From: Thermoplasmata archaeon | GTDB taxonomy: Archaea > Thermoplasmatota > Thermoplasmata > Lutacidiplasmatales > UBA184 | Direction: 5' to 3' | Length of the DNA stretch: 44,854 nucleotides | Assembly: GCA_022749845.1 (NCBI GenBank) | Contig: JAKIWX010000003.1 | Span: 1 to 44,854 of the forward strand | Shown: positions 25,214 through 34,446 of the stretch, in pieces | How the letters are laid out: each line of letters begins with the position of its first letter | How positions within the stretch are numbered: position 1 is the first letter of the stretch | Made by a program: the position numbers and the translations under genes | Notes under the pieces: model-generated | What the model was told of the DNA's origin: nothing | The model's input: only the letters and a program-made list of their open reading frames with translations | Database searches by the model: none

Positions 25214-25998
25214 CGTGCCCCACCCCGGATCTCCGCCCGAAGGCGGTCCCCGTGACGGAACGCCCGTTCCGCGAGCTCCTTTACCTCTTGCGGGGCGAAC
25301 GCCCCGACGAGGCCCTTCTGCATCGCCACCACGTTCGCGGCCTCGTCGGTCGCGATCGTGAGCCGGCCCTGGCAGGCCATCTCCTCGTCGACCGTCGGGT
25401 CGACGACGAGCGCGTCCCCGAGGCGGCAGAAGGTGGTCTCGATCGCGACGTGCTTCACGGCGAGCGGGATGTCCGTTTCGGCCAGCTCGAAGCGCACGCG
25501 CGGCATCGTCGTGTGGGCGAGCGCGGTCGAGGCGGCGAGCGCCGCCGCGTCGATGATGTTCCCGGCATGGTCGAGGACGTGGATGTCGACGAAGCAGGTC
25601 CAGCACTTCTCGGCCGGCGAGATGCAGAGCTCCTTGAGGTCGATCGTTTCCGCGGCGCGGAGCGCCCGGTCGACGACCCGGGAGACCTCGATCGCCCGCG
25701 GATGGGGCGGTCCGGGCTCGAAGGAGGGCGAGGAGAGGGGGACGAGCTCGGCGTTCGTCGTCAGGACCCCCGCGTTCGGGGTGTCCGGGAACGGCTTGCC
25801 CGGCTCGAGCTTCACCCCGCACAGGACGGTCGTGTCGCCGATGTGGACGAGCGCCGATCCGTCCGCCGAGGCGACGTACCCGGGTTCGAGCGTGACCGCG
25901 CGGTACTCGTCGAGGCCACGGCCGTCGAGCCGCCGCCCGTCGCGGGCGAGCTCGAGGACGTGGGTCGTGAGGATCTCCGCCGCCACCTCCCCGCTCAT
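25210..25998 (-). CDS. rrp42: Exosome complex component Rrp42
   Basis: [66 protein letters not shown] upstream. Confidence 0.96.
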   Translation of the reverse strand: MSGEVAAEILTTHVLELARDGRRLDGRGLDEYRAVTLEPGYVASADGSALVHIGDTTVLCGVKLEPGKPFPDTPNAGVLTTNAELVPLSSPSFEPGPPHPRAIEVSRVVDRALRAAETIDLKELCISPAEKCWTCFVDIHVLDHAGNIIDAAALAASTALAHTTMPRVRFELAETDIPLAVKHVAIETTFCRLGDALVVDPTVDEEMACQGRLTIATDEAANVVAMQKGLVGAFAPQEVKELAERAFRHGDRLRAEIRGGAR

Positions 25999-26756
25999 GC
26001 CGCCACCTCCGCGAGGACCTGGGGTGGATCCACCGAGTAGCGGTCGCGGAGCGCCTGCTTCATCTTCTCGTAGATCGCCCGGCAGCCGGTCACGCCGAGG
26101 TCGAGGGCGCGGCCGAGCTCGGGGGCGGTCAAGTGCCCCTCCATCTGGAGCAGCACGAGCCGGCCGCTCTGCGGTACGAGCGCCATCGGGAGGTCCGCTT
26201 CCCCGAAGTTGTCCTCCTCCTTCTTGAGGTCGAGCACGATCTGGCCGCCCACCTTGCCCACCGCGACCGAGGGGAGCAGGTCGACCATCGGGATACCGGC
26301 GTCGGCGAGCGCGACCGAGGCGGCGACGATCCCCGCGCAGCGGGTCCCGGCGTTCGCCTGCAGCACCTCGATGTAGACGTCGATGCTCGTCCGGGGGAAC
26401 TCCTCGGCGAACACCACGCTCTCGAAGGCCTCTGCGATCACTTTGGAGATCTCCTGGCTTCGCCGGTCGAGCCCCGGGCGCTTGCGCTCGTCGACGGAGA
26501 AGGCGGCCATGTTGTAGCGGCACTGGACGATCGCCTTGTCGTTCACCTGGAGGTGCCGGGGGTGGACCTCGCGGGGTCCATAGACCGCCGCCATCACCTT
26601 GTTCGCTCCCCACTCCACGAACGCCGAACCGTCGGCCCGCTTGAGCGGGCCCGCGACGACGCGAATCTGGCGGAGTTCGTCGACCTTTCGGCCGTCGATG
26701 CGGCGGCCGTCGGGCCCGATCAGCTGAGGCACTTCGCTTGCTCCCACGTTTCCCAT
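25995..26756 (-). CDS. rrp41: Exosome complex exonuclease Rrp41 (RNase PH family)
   Basis: [51 protein letters not shown]. Confidence 0.97.
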   Translation of the reverse strand: MGNVGASEVPQLIGPDGRRIDGRKVDELRQIRVVAGPLKRADGSAFVEWGANKVMAAVYGPREVHPRHLQVNDKAIVQCRYNMAAFSVDERKRPGLDRRSQEISKVIAEAFESVVFAEEFPRTSIDVYIEVLQANAGTRCAGIVAASVALADAGIPMVDLLPSVAVGKVGGQIVLDLKKEEDNFGEADLPMALVPQSGRLVLLQMEGHLTAPELGRALDLGVTGCRAIYEKMKQALRDRYSVDPPQVLAEVAA

Positions 26757-26768
26757 AGAGATCTCCTA

Positions 26769-27590
26769 CTATTCTGGAAAGGAATTTTCCCCGGTGCCGG
26801 GGTCGGTGCGGAACTCGAGCTCGTCGGTGGGCGGTTCGGGGCGGGCCGAGCTCGGAAGCTCGAGCCGCCGCTCCCCCGAAGCAAGGTACCGCTCCACCCG
26901 CTCGGTGAGGCCACGGCGTTGCCCCTCGAGCTCGATGAGCTCGAGCGCGGTCCGGACACGGTGGACCCCGTCCAGAGGGCCATCGACCCAGATCCGGCCG
27001 TTCTGGCCGACGACGAGCTTGCAGTCGGTGGCCCGGGTGAGGGTGGCGATCATGCTGCCGCCCTTGCCGATGACGCGGGGGATCTTGGCCGGGGAAACGG
27101 TGACGATCGTTCCTCCCTCGAGCTTGCCGAGGCCGTCACCGTTCATGGTGACCCCGATCCGGCCCGTGTTCTCGATCTGCTCGACGGCGACGACCACCGC
27201 GTCCCCCACCTGGAGGTACTCGCCCGTCTCGCCGAAGTCGATCTTCCAGGGCGTGCCCGTCATGTGGAGCGGCGCCCAGCGGGCGGCCCCGATGTCGAGA
27301 AGCCAGAAGCTCCCCTGCACATCCGTGACGATGCCGATGACAAGGTCTCCGGCGTGCGGGGCGTACCGTCCGGAGAGCGGCACGACCCGGACGACGGGAG
27401 GCTTGCGCTGCAACAGCCCTAGGACGTTCGCGTAGACCCGTCCCGAGACGCGGTACGTGCCGGGGCCCGGCTGGAGCCCATCGGCGCGAATCTCCTCGCC
27501 CGGAAGGACTAGTACGCGTTCTGACGATTCTGGCGAGGAAGGACCCTCGCGACCCCGTCGTCGGTGACGGGGCCGTTGACCGTTGCCCAT
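26769..27590 (-). CDS. rrp4: Exosome RNA-binding subunit Rrp4 (S1 + KH)
   Basis: VLPGEEI, YAPHAGDLVIG, KIPRVIGKGGSMI, VGQNGRIWV. Confidence 0.95.
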   Translation of the reverse strand: MGNGQRPRHRRRGREGPSSPESSERVLVLPGEEIRADGLQPGPGTYRVSGRVYANVLGLLQRKPPVVRVVPLSGRYAPHAGDLVIGIVTDVQGSFWLLDIGAARWAPLHMTGTPWKIDFGETGEYLQVGDAVVVAVEQIENTGRIGVTMNGDGLGKLEGGTIVTVSPAKIPRVIGKGGSMIATLTRATDCKLVVGQNGRIWVDGPLDGVHRVRTALELIELEGQRRGLTERVERYLASGERRLELPSSARPEPPTDELEFRTDPGTGENSFPE

Positions 27591-27626
27591 CTGCGGTGCT
27601 GCACCGCGGGGCGCGACGAAGGCCCC

Positions 27627-27634
27627 TTATTTAA
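27627..27634 (-). promoter_or_regulatory. Internal TATA box upstream of rrp4
   Basis: TTAAATAA, 36 nt upstream of ATG 27590. Confidence 0.7.
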
Positions 27635-27647
27635 CGGGCGCGCCGGG

Positions 27648-28346
27648 CTAGCGCGCGACGAGCGAGGTCTCCGCCGTTCCCTTCGTTCGCGCGTTGAGCT
27701 TCGCGTACAGTTCGGTCTGCACACCGGCGGGAATCTGAAGGATGGCCGTCCAGCTGCCGTCGCCGAGCCAGCTCTCGTCCGAGAGCTTTCCGTACCCCTT
27801 GAGGTCGCCGATCACCTTGGGGTAGTCCTGCGCCCGCACCCGGATCTTCACTCGGACCGTGTCGAGCCGGATCGGGAGGAGCGGACGGAGGAGCTGGAGC
27901 ACCTCCTGGACCTGCTGGTCGGCCGGTCGGAACGGGTCGACGTGCACCTTCGCCTCCCGCATCGCCGCCTCGATACGGGCGGGCGGGTGGGGCGCACCGG
28001 TCTGGGGGTTCATGGCGTTCCGCGCGATCTCGGTCACGATCTGGCGGTACTTCGCCTCCTGGAGCTGATGGCGCTGCTCGGTGGTGACCTGGACCTCTCC
28101 CTTCTCGAGGATCTGGCGCGCGATCTCGGGTACGGAGCGGGTGTGGAACACCTTCTCGAGGTACTCGTCGCTCACCTTGTCCCCTTTCCTTGCGTCCTTG
28201 AACACTTGGTCGAGGGCGAGATTGTCGGCGAGGTCCACCGGCTTTCCGTCCTTGAACGCCTGAACGGCGAGCGGGTCGACGAGCACCTCGAACCGCGAGC
28301 CCTGCGTCTCCCAGCGGGCCACCACCGCGTCCTCGACCTTCACCAC
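27648..28346 (-). CDS. sdo1: Ribosome maturation protein SBDS/Sdo1
   Basis: AVVARWETQGSRFEVLVDP, VFKDARKGDK, GEVQVTTEQR, NPQTGAPHPPARIE, VHVDPF. Confidence 0.96.
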   Translation of the reverse strand: MVKVEDAVVARWETQGSRFEVLVDPLAVQAFKDGKPVDLADNLALDQVFKDARKGDKVSDEYLEKVFHTRSVPEIARQILEKGEVQVTTEQRHQLQEAKYRQIVTEIARNAMNPQTGAPHPPARIEAAMREAKVHVDPFRPADQQVQEVLQLLRPLLPIRLDTVRVKIRVRAQDYPKVIGDLKGYGKLSDESWLGDGSWTAILQIPAGVQTELYAKLNARTKGTAETSLVAR

Positions 28347-28374
28347 GGCCCGAGACTCCCGGGCGGCGTTGCCG

Positions 28375-29130
28375 CTACGACTTTCCCGCGCGGCTTCCGC
28401 TCGATGCCGGAGGAAGTCGCGTGGCGTACTTCTGTATTTCCTCGATCCCGAGGCGGCGGAATCCCTTCTCCGCCTGCTCGACGCAGACCTCCACCTGGGA
28501 GAGGTTCTGGCTGTCCTCGAGCGATTGCCGGATCCCCTCGAGCGCGAGAAGGATCGCTGCGTCGGAGTCCATCCCGGGCGTATACTTCTGCTCGAACAGC
28601 TCCATCACGGGCCCCTTGTTCCCGCCGGTCGAGGTCGCCTTGAAGCTCGTCAACGAGCCCGAGGGCTCCGTCTCGTAGAGGTGGATGCCGGTGTCGTCGT
28701 ACCCTCCGACGAGGAGCGCCGTCCCGAACGGACGGACCCCGCCGAACTGGGTGTACTGTTGCTTGTAGTCGCAGATGCGGCGAACGAGCAGCTCGACGGT
28801 CATCGACTCCGCGTAGGTGACGCGGTTGATCTGCGCGGCCAGCCGAGCGAACTCGACGAGGACGCGGGCGTCCGCCACGAGGCCCGCCGTCGCGCACGCT
28901 ACGTGCTCGTCGATCTGGTGGATCTTCTCAAGACTCGCCGGTTCGGCGAGCCGCGGGTTCGGAATGCGCCGGTCGGCCGCGAGCACGACGCCGTCGCGGA
29001 AGACGACCCCCGCGGTGGTAGCTCCACGGCGGACCGCCTCGCGGGCGTACTCCACCTGGAAGAGCCTTCCGTCGGGAGAAAAGACCGTGATGGCACGGTC
29101 GTACGCCATCTGACCCGGTTGCATCTCCAT
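28375..29130 (-). CDS. psmA: Proteasome subunit alpha
   Basis: AYDRAITVFSPDGRLFQVEYAREAV, GLVADARVL, GGVRPFG, EPSG. Confidence 0.98.
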   Translation of the reverse strand: MEMQPGQMAYDRAITVFSPDGRLFQVEYAREAVRRGATTAGVVFRDGVVLAADRRIPNPRLAEPASLEKIHQIDEHVACATAGLVADARVLVEFARLAAQINRVTYAESMTVELLVRRICDYKQQYTQFGGVRPFGTALLVGGYDDTGIHLYETEPSGSLTSFKATSTGGNKGPVMELFEQKYTPGMDSDAAILLALEGIRQSLEDSQNLSQVEVCVEQAEKGFRRLGIEEIQKYATRLPPASSGSRAGKS

Positions 29131-29168
29131 CGGGAACCTCGAGTTCGGGTGGGGGGACCGACGTCCCC

Positions 29169-29175
29169 ATATAAG
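29169..29175 (-). promoter_or_regulatory. TATA box of psmA superoperon
   Basis: CTTATAT, 38 nt upstream of ATG 29130. SD-like GAGGT just before the ATG. Confidence 0.65.
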
Positions 29176-29211
29176 TCATCGGAGCGGAGGTAGCTGGTGG
29201 CGCCACCGCCA

Positions 29212-29267
29212 CCGACTCCCGGCGCTTTGTGCGCTCCCGGAACGCTAAAGCGGGAGCGCCGAGTCGG
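29212..29267. repeat. Nested inverted repeats enclosing the TATA of the YyaL-like gene
   Basis: GCGCTCCCG 29231-29239 / CGGGAGCGC 29251-29259 around GAACGCTAAAG. Outer pair CCGACTC 29212-29218 / GAGTCGG 29261-29267. Confidence 0.7.
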
Positions 29268-29275
29268 ACGATTTC

Positions 29276-31393
29276 GTGGCGAAGCACGCGAGCGCCGGCA
29301 CGCCGGAGCCGCGGACCGCAGAGCGGCTCCGGGACTCCCGCTCCCCGTACCTTCGTGCGGCAGCCGAGCAGCCGATCGACTGGTACCCGTGGGGGAACGA
29401 GGCGTTCGAGCTCGCCAAGCGCACGAACCGGCCGGTGCTCCTCGATGTAGGCGCCTCGTGGTGCCACTGGTGCCACGTGATGGACGAGGGGACCTACGCC
29501 GACGCCGAGGTCGCCCGGCTCCTCGCCCAGCATTTCGTCGCCGTGAAGGTGGACCGCGACGAGAATCCCGAGGTGGACCGTCGCTTCCAGCGCCAGGTGG
29601 GCGCGCTCACGGGCGAGGGCGGCTGGCCGCTCACCGCCTTCCTGACCCCGGACGGGGAGGTGTTCCTCGGGGGGACGTACTTTCCACCGAAGGACGGCAT
29701 GGGGCGGCCCGGTTTCCGCCGGGTGCTCGAAGAGGTGAACCGGCTATGGAAAGAGGAGCCCGAGAAGGTTCGCGCGAACGCGGAGGCCGTGCGGGGCGCG
29801 CTCGAACGTTCCTCCCAGCGCGGCGGAGCTGCACCGGAAACGGTGGCGTTCCTCGAAGCGGTCCGACAGGACCTCGGCGCCCGCGCCGACCCGATGAACG
29901 GCGGCTACGGCGATGCGCCCAAGTTCCCCCACCCGATCGCCGTGCGGTTCGAGCTCGTCGACGGATTCCGCGCGAGCTCTCCTGCGATCCTCGCGAGGGC
30001 CCGGCTGACTCTCGAGAAGATGGCCGAGGGAGGCGTGTACGACCAGGTGGGCGGGGGATTCCACCGATACGCCGTGGACTCCTCCTGGCGGATCCCGCAC
30101 TTCGAGAAGATGGGGGTCGACAACGCCGCCCTCCTCGAACTGTACGCCGAGGGCGCGGCATTCTTTGGCTCCCCCGCGTTCGACGACGTGCTTCGCGGGA
30201 TCGTCGGTTGGGCCGGGCAGACGCTCGGCGATCCGGCGGGAGGGTTCGGCGCGAGCCAGGACGCCGACAACGCACCCGGTGACGACGGCGGCTACTTCAC
30301 CTGGAGCCGGCCGGAGCTCAAGGAGGTGCTCGACACGAGCGAGTACCGCCTCGTCGCCCGCGGGTTCGGGGTCGGCACCGAAGGCCGGATGCCGCACGAC
30401 CCGGACCGGAACGTCCTCTTCCGGCTTCTCTCGCCCAGCGAGGCGGCGGAGGGGCTCGGCCTCGACGCGGCTACGCTCGCCAGCACCTGGTCTTCGGCGC
30501 TCACGAAGCTCGCGGCCGCGCGCGCCCACCGCCCCACGCCGGCGGTCGACCGTTCGCTCTACACGGACATCAACGGAGGGTTCATCGCAGGCTTCTCGCG
30601 CGCAGGTGCGGTGCTCTCGGACGGGGCGGCGATCGCCCTCGCGCGCCGCGCGGCGGACCGGTTCCTCGCGAGCGCGTACGATCCCGCCCGCGGTGTGGCG
30701 CACCTCCTCGACGGGGTAGAAGCCTCGGGCTGGGGGCTCCTCGAGGACCAGGTCGAGTTCGCCCGCGGTCTCCTCGAACTCGCCGCCGCCACGGGCCTGG
30801 CCGTGTACCTGGAACGTGCGAAGTCGATCCTCGCGCTCGCCGAGCGGAACTATCGGCGGCCGGACGGACTTCTGGCCGACCTCTCCCCTGGACTGTACGA
30901 TGGCCCCGAGGTGGGCGAGGTGACCCCCGGCCTCCCCACCCTCGAGGACTCCCCTCACCTCTCCGCGAACGCGGGCTACGCCCTCGCGGAGATACGACTC
31001 GCGGCCCTCACCGGCGAGCTAGCCCTCCTCGAGGGAGTCAAGACGGACCTCGCCCGCCTGCGGGCGAACGTCGCGCGGTCCGGGCTCTTCGCCTCGGGGA
31101 CGGCGCTCGCCTGCGCCCTCGCGGAGGAGCCGCCCGCGCGGATCGTCGTCGAAGGAGGGGGAGCGCTCGCCGAGGAGCTGTTCCGCGCGGCACGACGCAG
31201 TTGGCATCCGAATCTCGCGGTGTTCCGCGGAACCCCGCCCGTACCGTTCTCGCTCCCGGGTGAGCTCGGCGCCGGCGCGGGTGAAGCGAGGGAGCCACGG
31301 GCTTTGCTCTGCTTCGGCACGCGGTGCCTCGCGCCGGTCACGGACCCGGCCCGGATCGGGCCCGCGCTCCGGGAACGAGCGTCGGTCCCATAG
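29276..31393 (+). CDS. Thioredoxin-domain plus (alpha/alpha)6-barrel protein, YyaL/SPATA20 (DUF255) family
   Basis: SRSPYLRAAAEQPIDWYPWG, WCHWCHVM, KVDRDENP, GGWPLT, PKFPHP, GGGFHRYAVD..W.IPHFEKM, DAD. Confidence 0.92.
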   Translation: MAKHASAGTPEPRTAERLRDSRSPYLRAAAEQPIDWYPWGNEAFELAKRTNRPVLLDVGASWCHWCHVMDEGTYADAEVARLLAQHFVAVKVDRDENPEVDRRFQRQVGALTGEGGWPLTAFLTPDGEVFLGGTYFPPKDGMGRPGFRRVLEEVNRLWKEEPEKVRANAEAVRGALERSSQRGGAAPETVAFLEAVRQDLGARADPMNGGYGDAPKFPHPIAVRFELVDGFRASSPAILARARLTLEKMAEGGVYDQVGGGFHRYAVDSSWRIPHFEKMGVDNAALLELYAEGAAFFGSPAFDDVLRGIVGWAGQTLGDPAGGFGASQDADNAPGDDGGYFTWSRPELKEVLDTSEYRLVARGFGVGTEGRMPHDPDRNVLFRLLSPSEAAEGLGLDAATLASTWSSALTKLAAARAHRPTPAVDRSLYTDINGGFIAGFSRAGAVLSDGAAIALARRAADRFLASAYDPARGVAHLLDGVEASGWGLLEDQVEFARGLLELAAATGLAVYLERAKSILALAERNYRRPDGLLADLSPGLYDGPEVGEVTPGLPTLEDSPHLSANAGYALAEIRLAALTGELALLEGVKTDLARLRANVARSGLFASGTALACALAEEPPARIVVEGGGALAEELFRAARRSWHPNLAVFRGTPPVPFSLPGELGAGAGEAREPRALLCFGTRCLAPVTDPARIGPALRERASVP

Positions 31394-32162
31394 GCAGCGC
31401 CCCCAGGTTCGTGCCGTCGAGAAGATAGGCCCGGGGCTGGCTGCTACCGAGGAATCGGTGGACAAGGAAGGAGCGTCCGCGCGAGGGGGCGGAGCGGTTC
31501 AGGGATTCGATCCCACTAAGCGCGTTGAAGGCGGGAAGGATGAGGAGCTCCTTCGCCCTGGCCCTGCGCTTTCCTTGAGGGGGGAAGCCGGGGAGCTCGG
31601 GACCGAGTTCGGCCCGCACCCAGCATCGAAGTTTCCCAGGCTCCCCGCCGCTTCCCGGGGCGAACCGGTAGCCGGGATGCAGATGTCCGGCCACGAGTAC
31701 CTCGGCCCGTTCTAGCGTACGATCCGGCCAGCGGTGACCGTGAAAGATCCCAACCCCGTCGCGTAGCAGGCCGCCGGCGGAGTGGAGCTCCACCTCCCGC
31801 GGAAGGTGGGGAGCGAGGCCCACGTCGTGGTTCCCGGGCACGACGTCGACCGAGAGGCCCGAGGCGAGCAACCCTGCGCAGAACTCGAAGATGAGCGGCC
31901 CCACGCGGCCCGGAGCTCCGACAATGGGATGCTTCAGGTCCCCCGCGACCACGACCCCGAGCGCGCGCTCGCGTCGCGCAAGCTCGAGCAGCTCCTCGAG
32001 CATCTCGCGCGCACCCCGCTCCGCGAGGCCGGTGCCTCGGCCCCGCGGGTCGCCGAGTCCAAGGTGAAGGTCGGAGACGAGGATCCGGCGACCCCGGGAC
32101 GTGGACCACAGCAGCGCCGCTGCGCCTCCGATAGGTCGCAGATCCGCTCGTGATTTCACCAT
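31338..32162 (-). CDS. Calcineurin-like metallophosphoesterase (COG1407/MPE-like), 274 aa
   Basis: VSDLHLG, AGDLKH, PGNHD, FHGH, GHLHP, LPAFN. Confidence 0.9.
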   Translation of the reverse strand: MVKSRADLRPIGGAAALLWSTSRGRRILVSDLHLGLGDPRGRGTGLAERGAREMLEELLELARRERALGVVVAGDLKHPIVGAPGRVGPLIFEFCAGLLASGLSVDVVPGNHDVGLAPHLPREVELHSAGGLLRDGVGIFHGHRWPDRTLERAEVLVAGHLHPGYRFAPGSGGEPGKLRCWVRAELGPELPGFPPQGKRRARAKELLILPAFNALSGIESLNRSAPSRGRSFLVHRFLGSSQPRAYLLDGTNLGALPMGPTLVPGARARSGPGP

Positions 32163-32200
32163 CGAGTTCGTTTCTCGCTCCCTCTCGAGAAGGACCATGT

Positions 32201-32218
32201 GCATTTATATACAAATGC
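32201..32218. promoter_or_regulatory. Bidirectional TATA (TTTATATA 32204-32211) inside palindrome GCATTT-N6-AAATGC; candidate operator
   Basis: The only strongly AT-rich block between the divergent phosphoesterase and HTH genes. Perfect 6-bp arms. Confidence 0.65.
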
Positions 32219-32255
32219 TAATTCGTACTGGGGGCCGGGAGTCGAGGCGGTTGCG

Positions 32256-33257
32256 ATGGAGGAGCGAGAGCGCGGGATCGAGCGGGTACGGGATACGCTC
32301 ACCCGGGCGGGCTTCTACGTCAGCGATGCGCACGGCATCCGACCGACGAGCTTCGACCTGCTCGCGCGCCGGGACTCGACGCTGCTGCTCCTCAAGGTAC
32401 TGAAGAACATCGATTCGCTTTCGCCCGAGGACGCGCTCCGCCTGAACGAGGTCGCGGGCCTCTTCCACGCCCGGACGCTCCTCATCGGACAGGCGTCGGG
32501 GGCCACCCGGCTTGAACCCGGCGTCGTCTACACGCGATACGGCGTGCCCATCGTCGTCGAGGAGACGTTCGAGGAGTTCCTCCTGCACGGGATCCCGCCG
32601 TTCCTCGTATCGAGCCCGGGGGGCATCTTCGCAAGAATTGACGGACCGCGCCTCCAGGGGCTCCGGGAGGCCCGTGGCCTCTCGCTCGGTGCGCTCGCCC
32701 AGGTGGCGGGGGTGACCCGCCGCACGATCCAACTCTACGAGGAGGGCGGAGGCGCAGAGGTTTCCATCGTCACCCGGATCGAGGAGTTCCTCCACGAGAC
32801 GGTCGTGAAGCCGATCGAGCTGATGCCCGCGCACGCGCCGCGCGGCTCGCCGTCCGAGCAGGAGCCGGGGAAGAAGGAGTCCGCCCCCGCCGAGCACGTG
32901 CCCCCGGCGCCGACCGGCGACCCGGTCCGCGACGACGTGTTCCGACGTCTGGGCACGATGGGGTGGGAGGTCGTCGTCACCATTCGCTGCCCGTTCGACG
33001 CCTTTACCCACGGCGCCCAAGGGGGGGAGGAGGAGATTCTTCTCACCGCCGTCGGTTCGCTCCGGAGCGCCCAGCACCGTGCCGAGGTGCTCCAGGGGAT
33101 TGCCCGGGCGATCGAAGGATACTCCATGTTCGTGACGTCGCAGCCGACGGGACGGGAATCGGTGGACGGCCTGCCGATCCTGAGCGTCTCCGAGCTGCGT
33201 CGTCATCGCGACCGGTCGGAGCTCCTCGACCTGCTCACCGAGCGCGAAGGCACGTGA
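32256..33257 (+). CDS. Archaeal HTH transcriptional regulator (COG1395-like): Cro/C1 HTH flanked by PD-(D/E)xK-like domains, 333 aa
   Basis: FDLLARRDSTLLLLKVLKNID; RLQGLREARGLSLGALAQVAGVTRRTIQLYEEG; CPFDAFT. Start placed at ATG 32256 below the TATA. Confidence 0.85.
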   Translation: MEERERGIERVRDTLTRAGFYVSDAHGIRPTSFDLLARRDSTLLLLKVLKNIDSLSPEDALRLNEVAGLFHARTLLIGQASGATRLEPGVVYTRYGVPIVVEETFEEFLLHGIPPFLVSSPGGIFARIDGPRLQGLREARGLSLGALAQVAGVTRRTIQLYEEGGGAEVSIVTRIEEFLHETVVKPIELMPAHAPRGSPSEQEPGKKESAPAEHVPPAPTGDPVRDDVFRRLGTMGWEVVVTIRCPFDAFTHGAQGGEEEILLTAVGSLRSAQHRAEVLQGIARAIEGYSMFVTSQPTGRESVDGLPILSVSELRRHRDRSELLDLLTEREGT

Positions 33258-33907
33258 TCGCCGCGCGGCTGCGCGGTCCTCCCGAGCTGCTGCTCCTCGG
33301 CGTTGTCCGGGGCGTCGTCGCCGAGGTCGCGCCGATGCTCGAAGAGCTTCACCGCTACCATCCCACGCGTCTGGCGATCGCCATCGGCCCGGAGGAGCTC
33401 ACGAGCTACACCGAGCAGTTCGTGAACGGGAGCACCGAGCCCGTGGCCCCGCTCCTGCCGACGGAGACGGCGGAGGTGCTCGCGCTCGCCAAGTTCGGCG
33501 AGGTGCGCGTTCCGCACGCGCCGTTCATCACGGCGCTCCGCTGGGCGAGCGAGAACGGCGTGGCGGTGGCGCCGGTGGACCCGGACGAGGAGGAGTACTC
33601 GAACCTCTTCGCCGAGAAGATCGGGTACTGGGAGCTCGTGCGTCGGACGGTGCGCGAGCGCGGCGCGGCCCGAGCCCCCCCGAAGGCCGGATCGGTCGAC
33701 GAGTTCGCGCTCCGCTGGAGCGAGCAGGTCGGGCACGGTCGCGCCTCGCGCCGCTTCGAGTCGGCGCGGAGCGAACGGACGGTCGCCGCCGCTCGGACCC
33801 TAGCCCAGCGCGGGGAGCGTGTGGCCCTCCTCGCCGACCGGGAACGGATCCCCGAGCTCGAGCGCCAGCTCTCAGGAGAGCCGACGAACTCGCGTCGTGG
33901 CGGCTAG
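33254..33907 (+). CDS. Hypothetical alpha/beta protein, possibly a degenerate TraB/GumN/Tiki-like fold, 217 aa
   Basis: GTGA overlap with the HTH gene. The motif order LLGVVRG, AIAIGPEE, APVD, ARSERTV, VALLADRER parallels TraB-family blocks. Confidence 0.55.
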   Translation: MIAARLRGPPELLLLGVVRGVVAEVAPMLEELHRYHPTRLAIAIGPEELTSYTEQFVNGSTEPVAPLLPTETAEVLALAKFGEVRVPHAPFITALRWASENGVAVAPVDPDEEEYSNLFAEKIGYWELVRRTVRERGAARAPPKAGSVDEFALRWSEQVGHGRASRRFESARSERTVAAARTLAQRGERVALLADRERIPELERQLSGEPTNSRRGG

Positions 33908-34446
33908 TCTTCGCGTTCGAGGATCTGCTCGAGCTTCGAGCGACCGGCCCGGCGGAACTCCTCGAGGGGACCCTCGTTCAGGAGCAGGCCGTCGGCGAGC
34001 GCGAAGGCGTTGCCGATCCCCCACTTGAGCTCCCGCCGGTCCCGGTCGTACAATTCCTGAAGGCTCGCCCCGTCGTCCCCGCGGCTCCGACGCATCATCC
34101 GGTCGTGCCGGCTCTCGGGGGAGGAGTAGATGCCGAGGACGAACAGGTCGCCGAAGTTGTGCCGGAAGATGCCGACCTCGACGTCCGACCGGCAGCCGTC
34201 GACGAGCATCCGGGTCTCGGTGAGCTTCGGGAGCGCGCGCTGCGCCCAGATACCGGGGCCGTGCTTCTCCCGCTCCTCGTTCGCGATCCGGGCCACGTTC
34301 TGGCTCGTCAGCTGAAGCCCCCGCCGTCGGGTCTCGTCGCGGACGAGGTCCCCCATCTTGAGGGTCGCAAGTCCGATCGACCGCGCGACCTCGACCAGCT
34401 CGTCCTTGCCCGAACCGGGCATCCCCACCGTGACGATGAGTTTCAT
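33904..34446 (-). CDS. P-loop kinase, UPF0200 / dephospho-CoA-kinase-like family, 180 aa
   Basis: VGMPGSGKD, MGDLVRDE, EREKHGPGIWA, VDGCRS, RSRGDD, DRRELKWGIG. Confidence 0.88.
   Translation of the reverse strand: MKLIVTVGMPGSGKDELVEVARSIGLATLKMGDLVRDETRRRGLQLTSQNVARIANEEREKHGPGIWAQRALPKLTETRMLVDGCRSDVEVGIFRHNFGDLFVLGIYSSPESRHDRMMRRSRGDDGASLQELYDRDRRELKWGIGNAFALADGLLLNEGPLEEFRRAGRSKLEQILERED

Noticed and set aside
25981-26011. Direct repeat GGAGGTGGCG (minus strand) twice at the rrp41/rrp42 junction
   Set aside because: One copy is the SD of rrp42 (and encodes EVAA of Rrp41); the other encodes GEVAA. It is short and explained by coding and SD constraints.
26335-26365. Rrp41 QANAGTR instead of QADAGTR
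   Set aside because: A conservative change; the GTR phosphate-binding residues and the catalytic EED...EAD acidic residues are intact.
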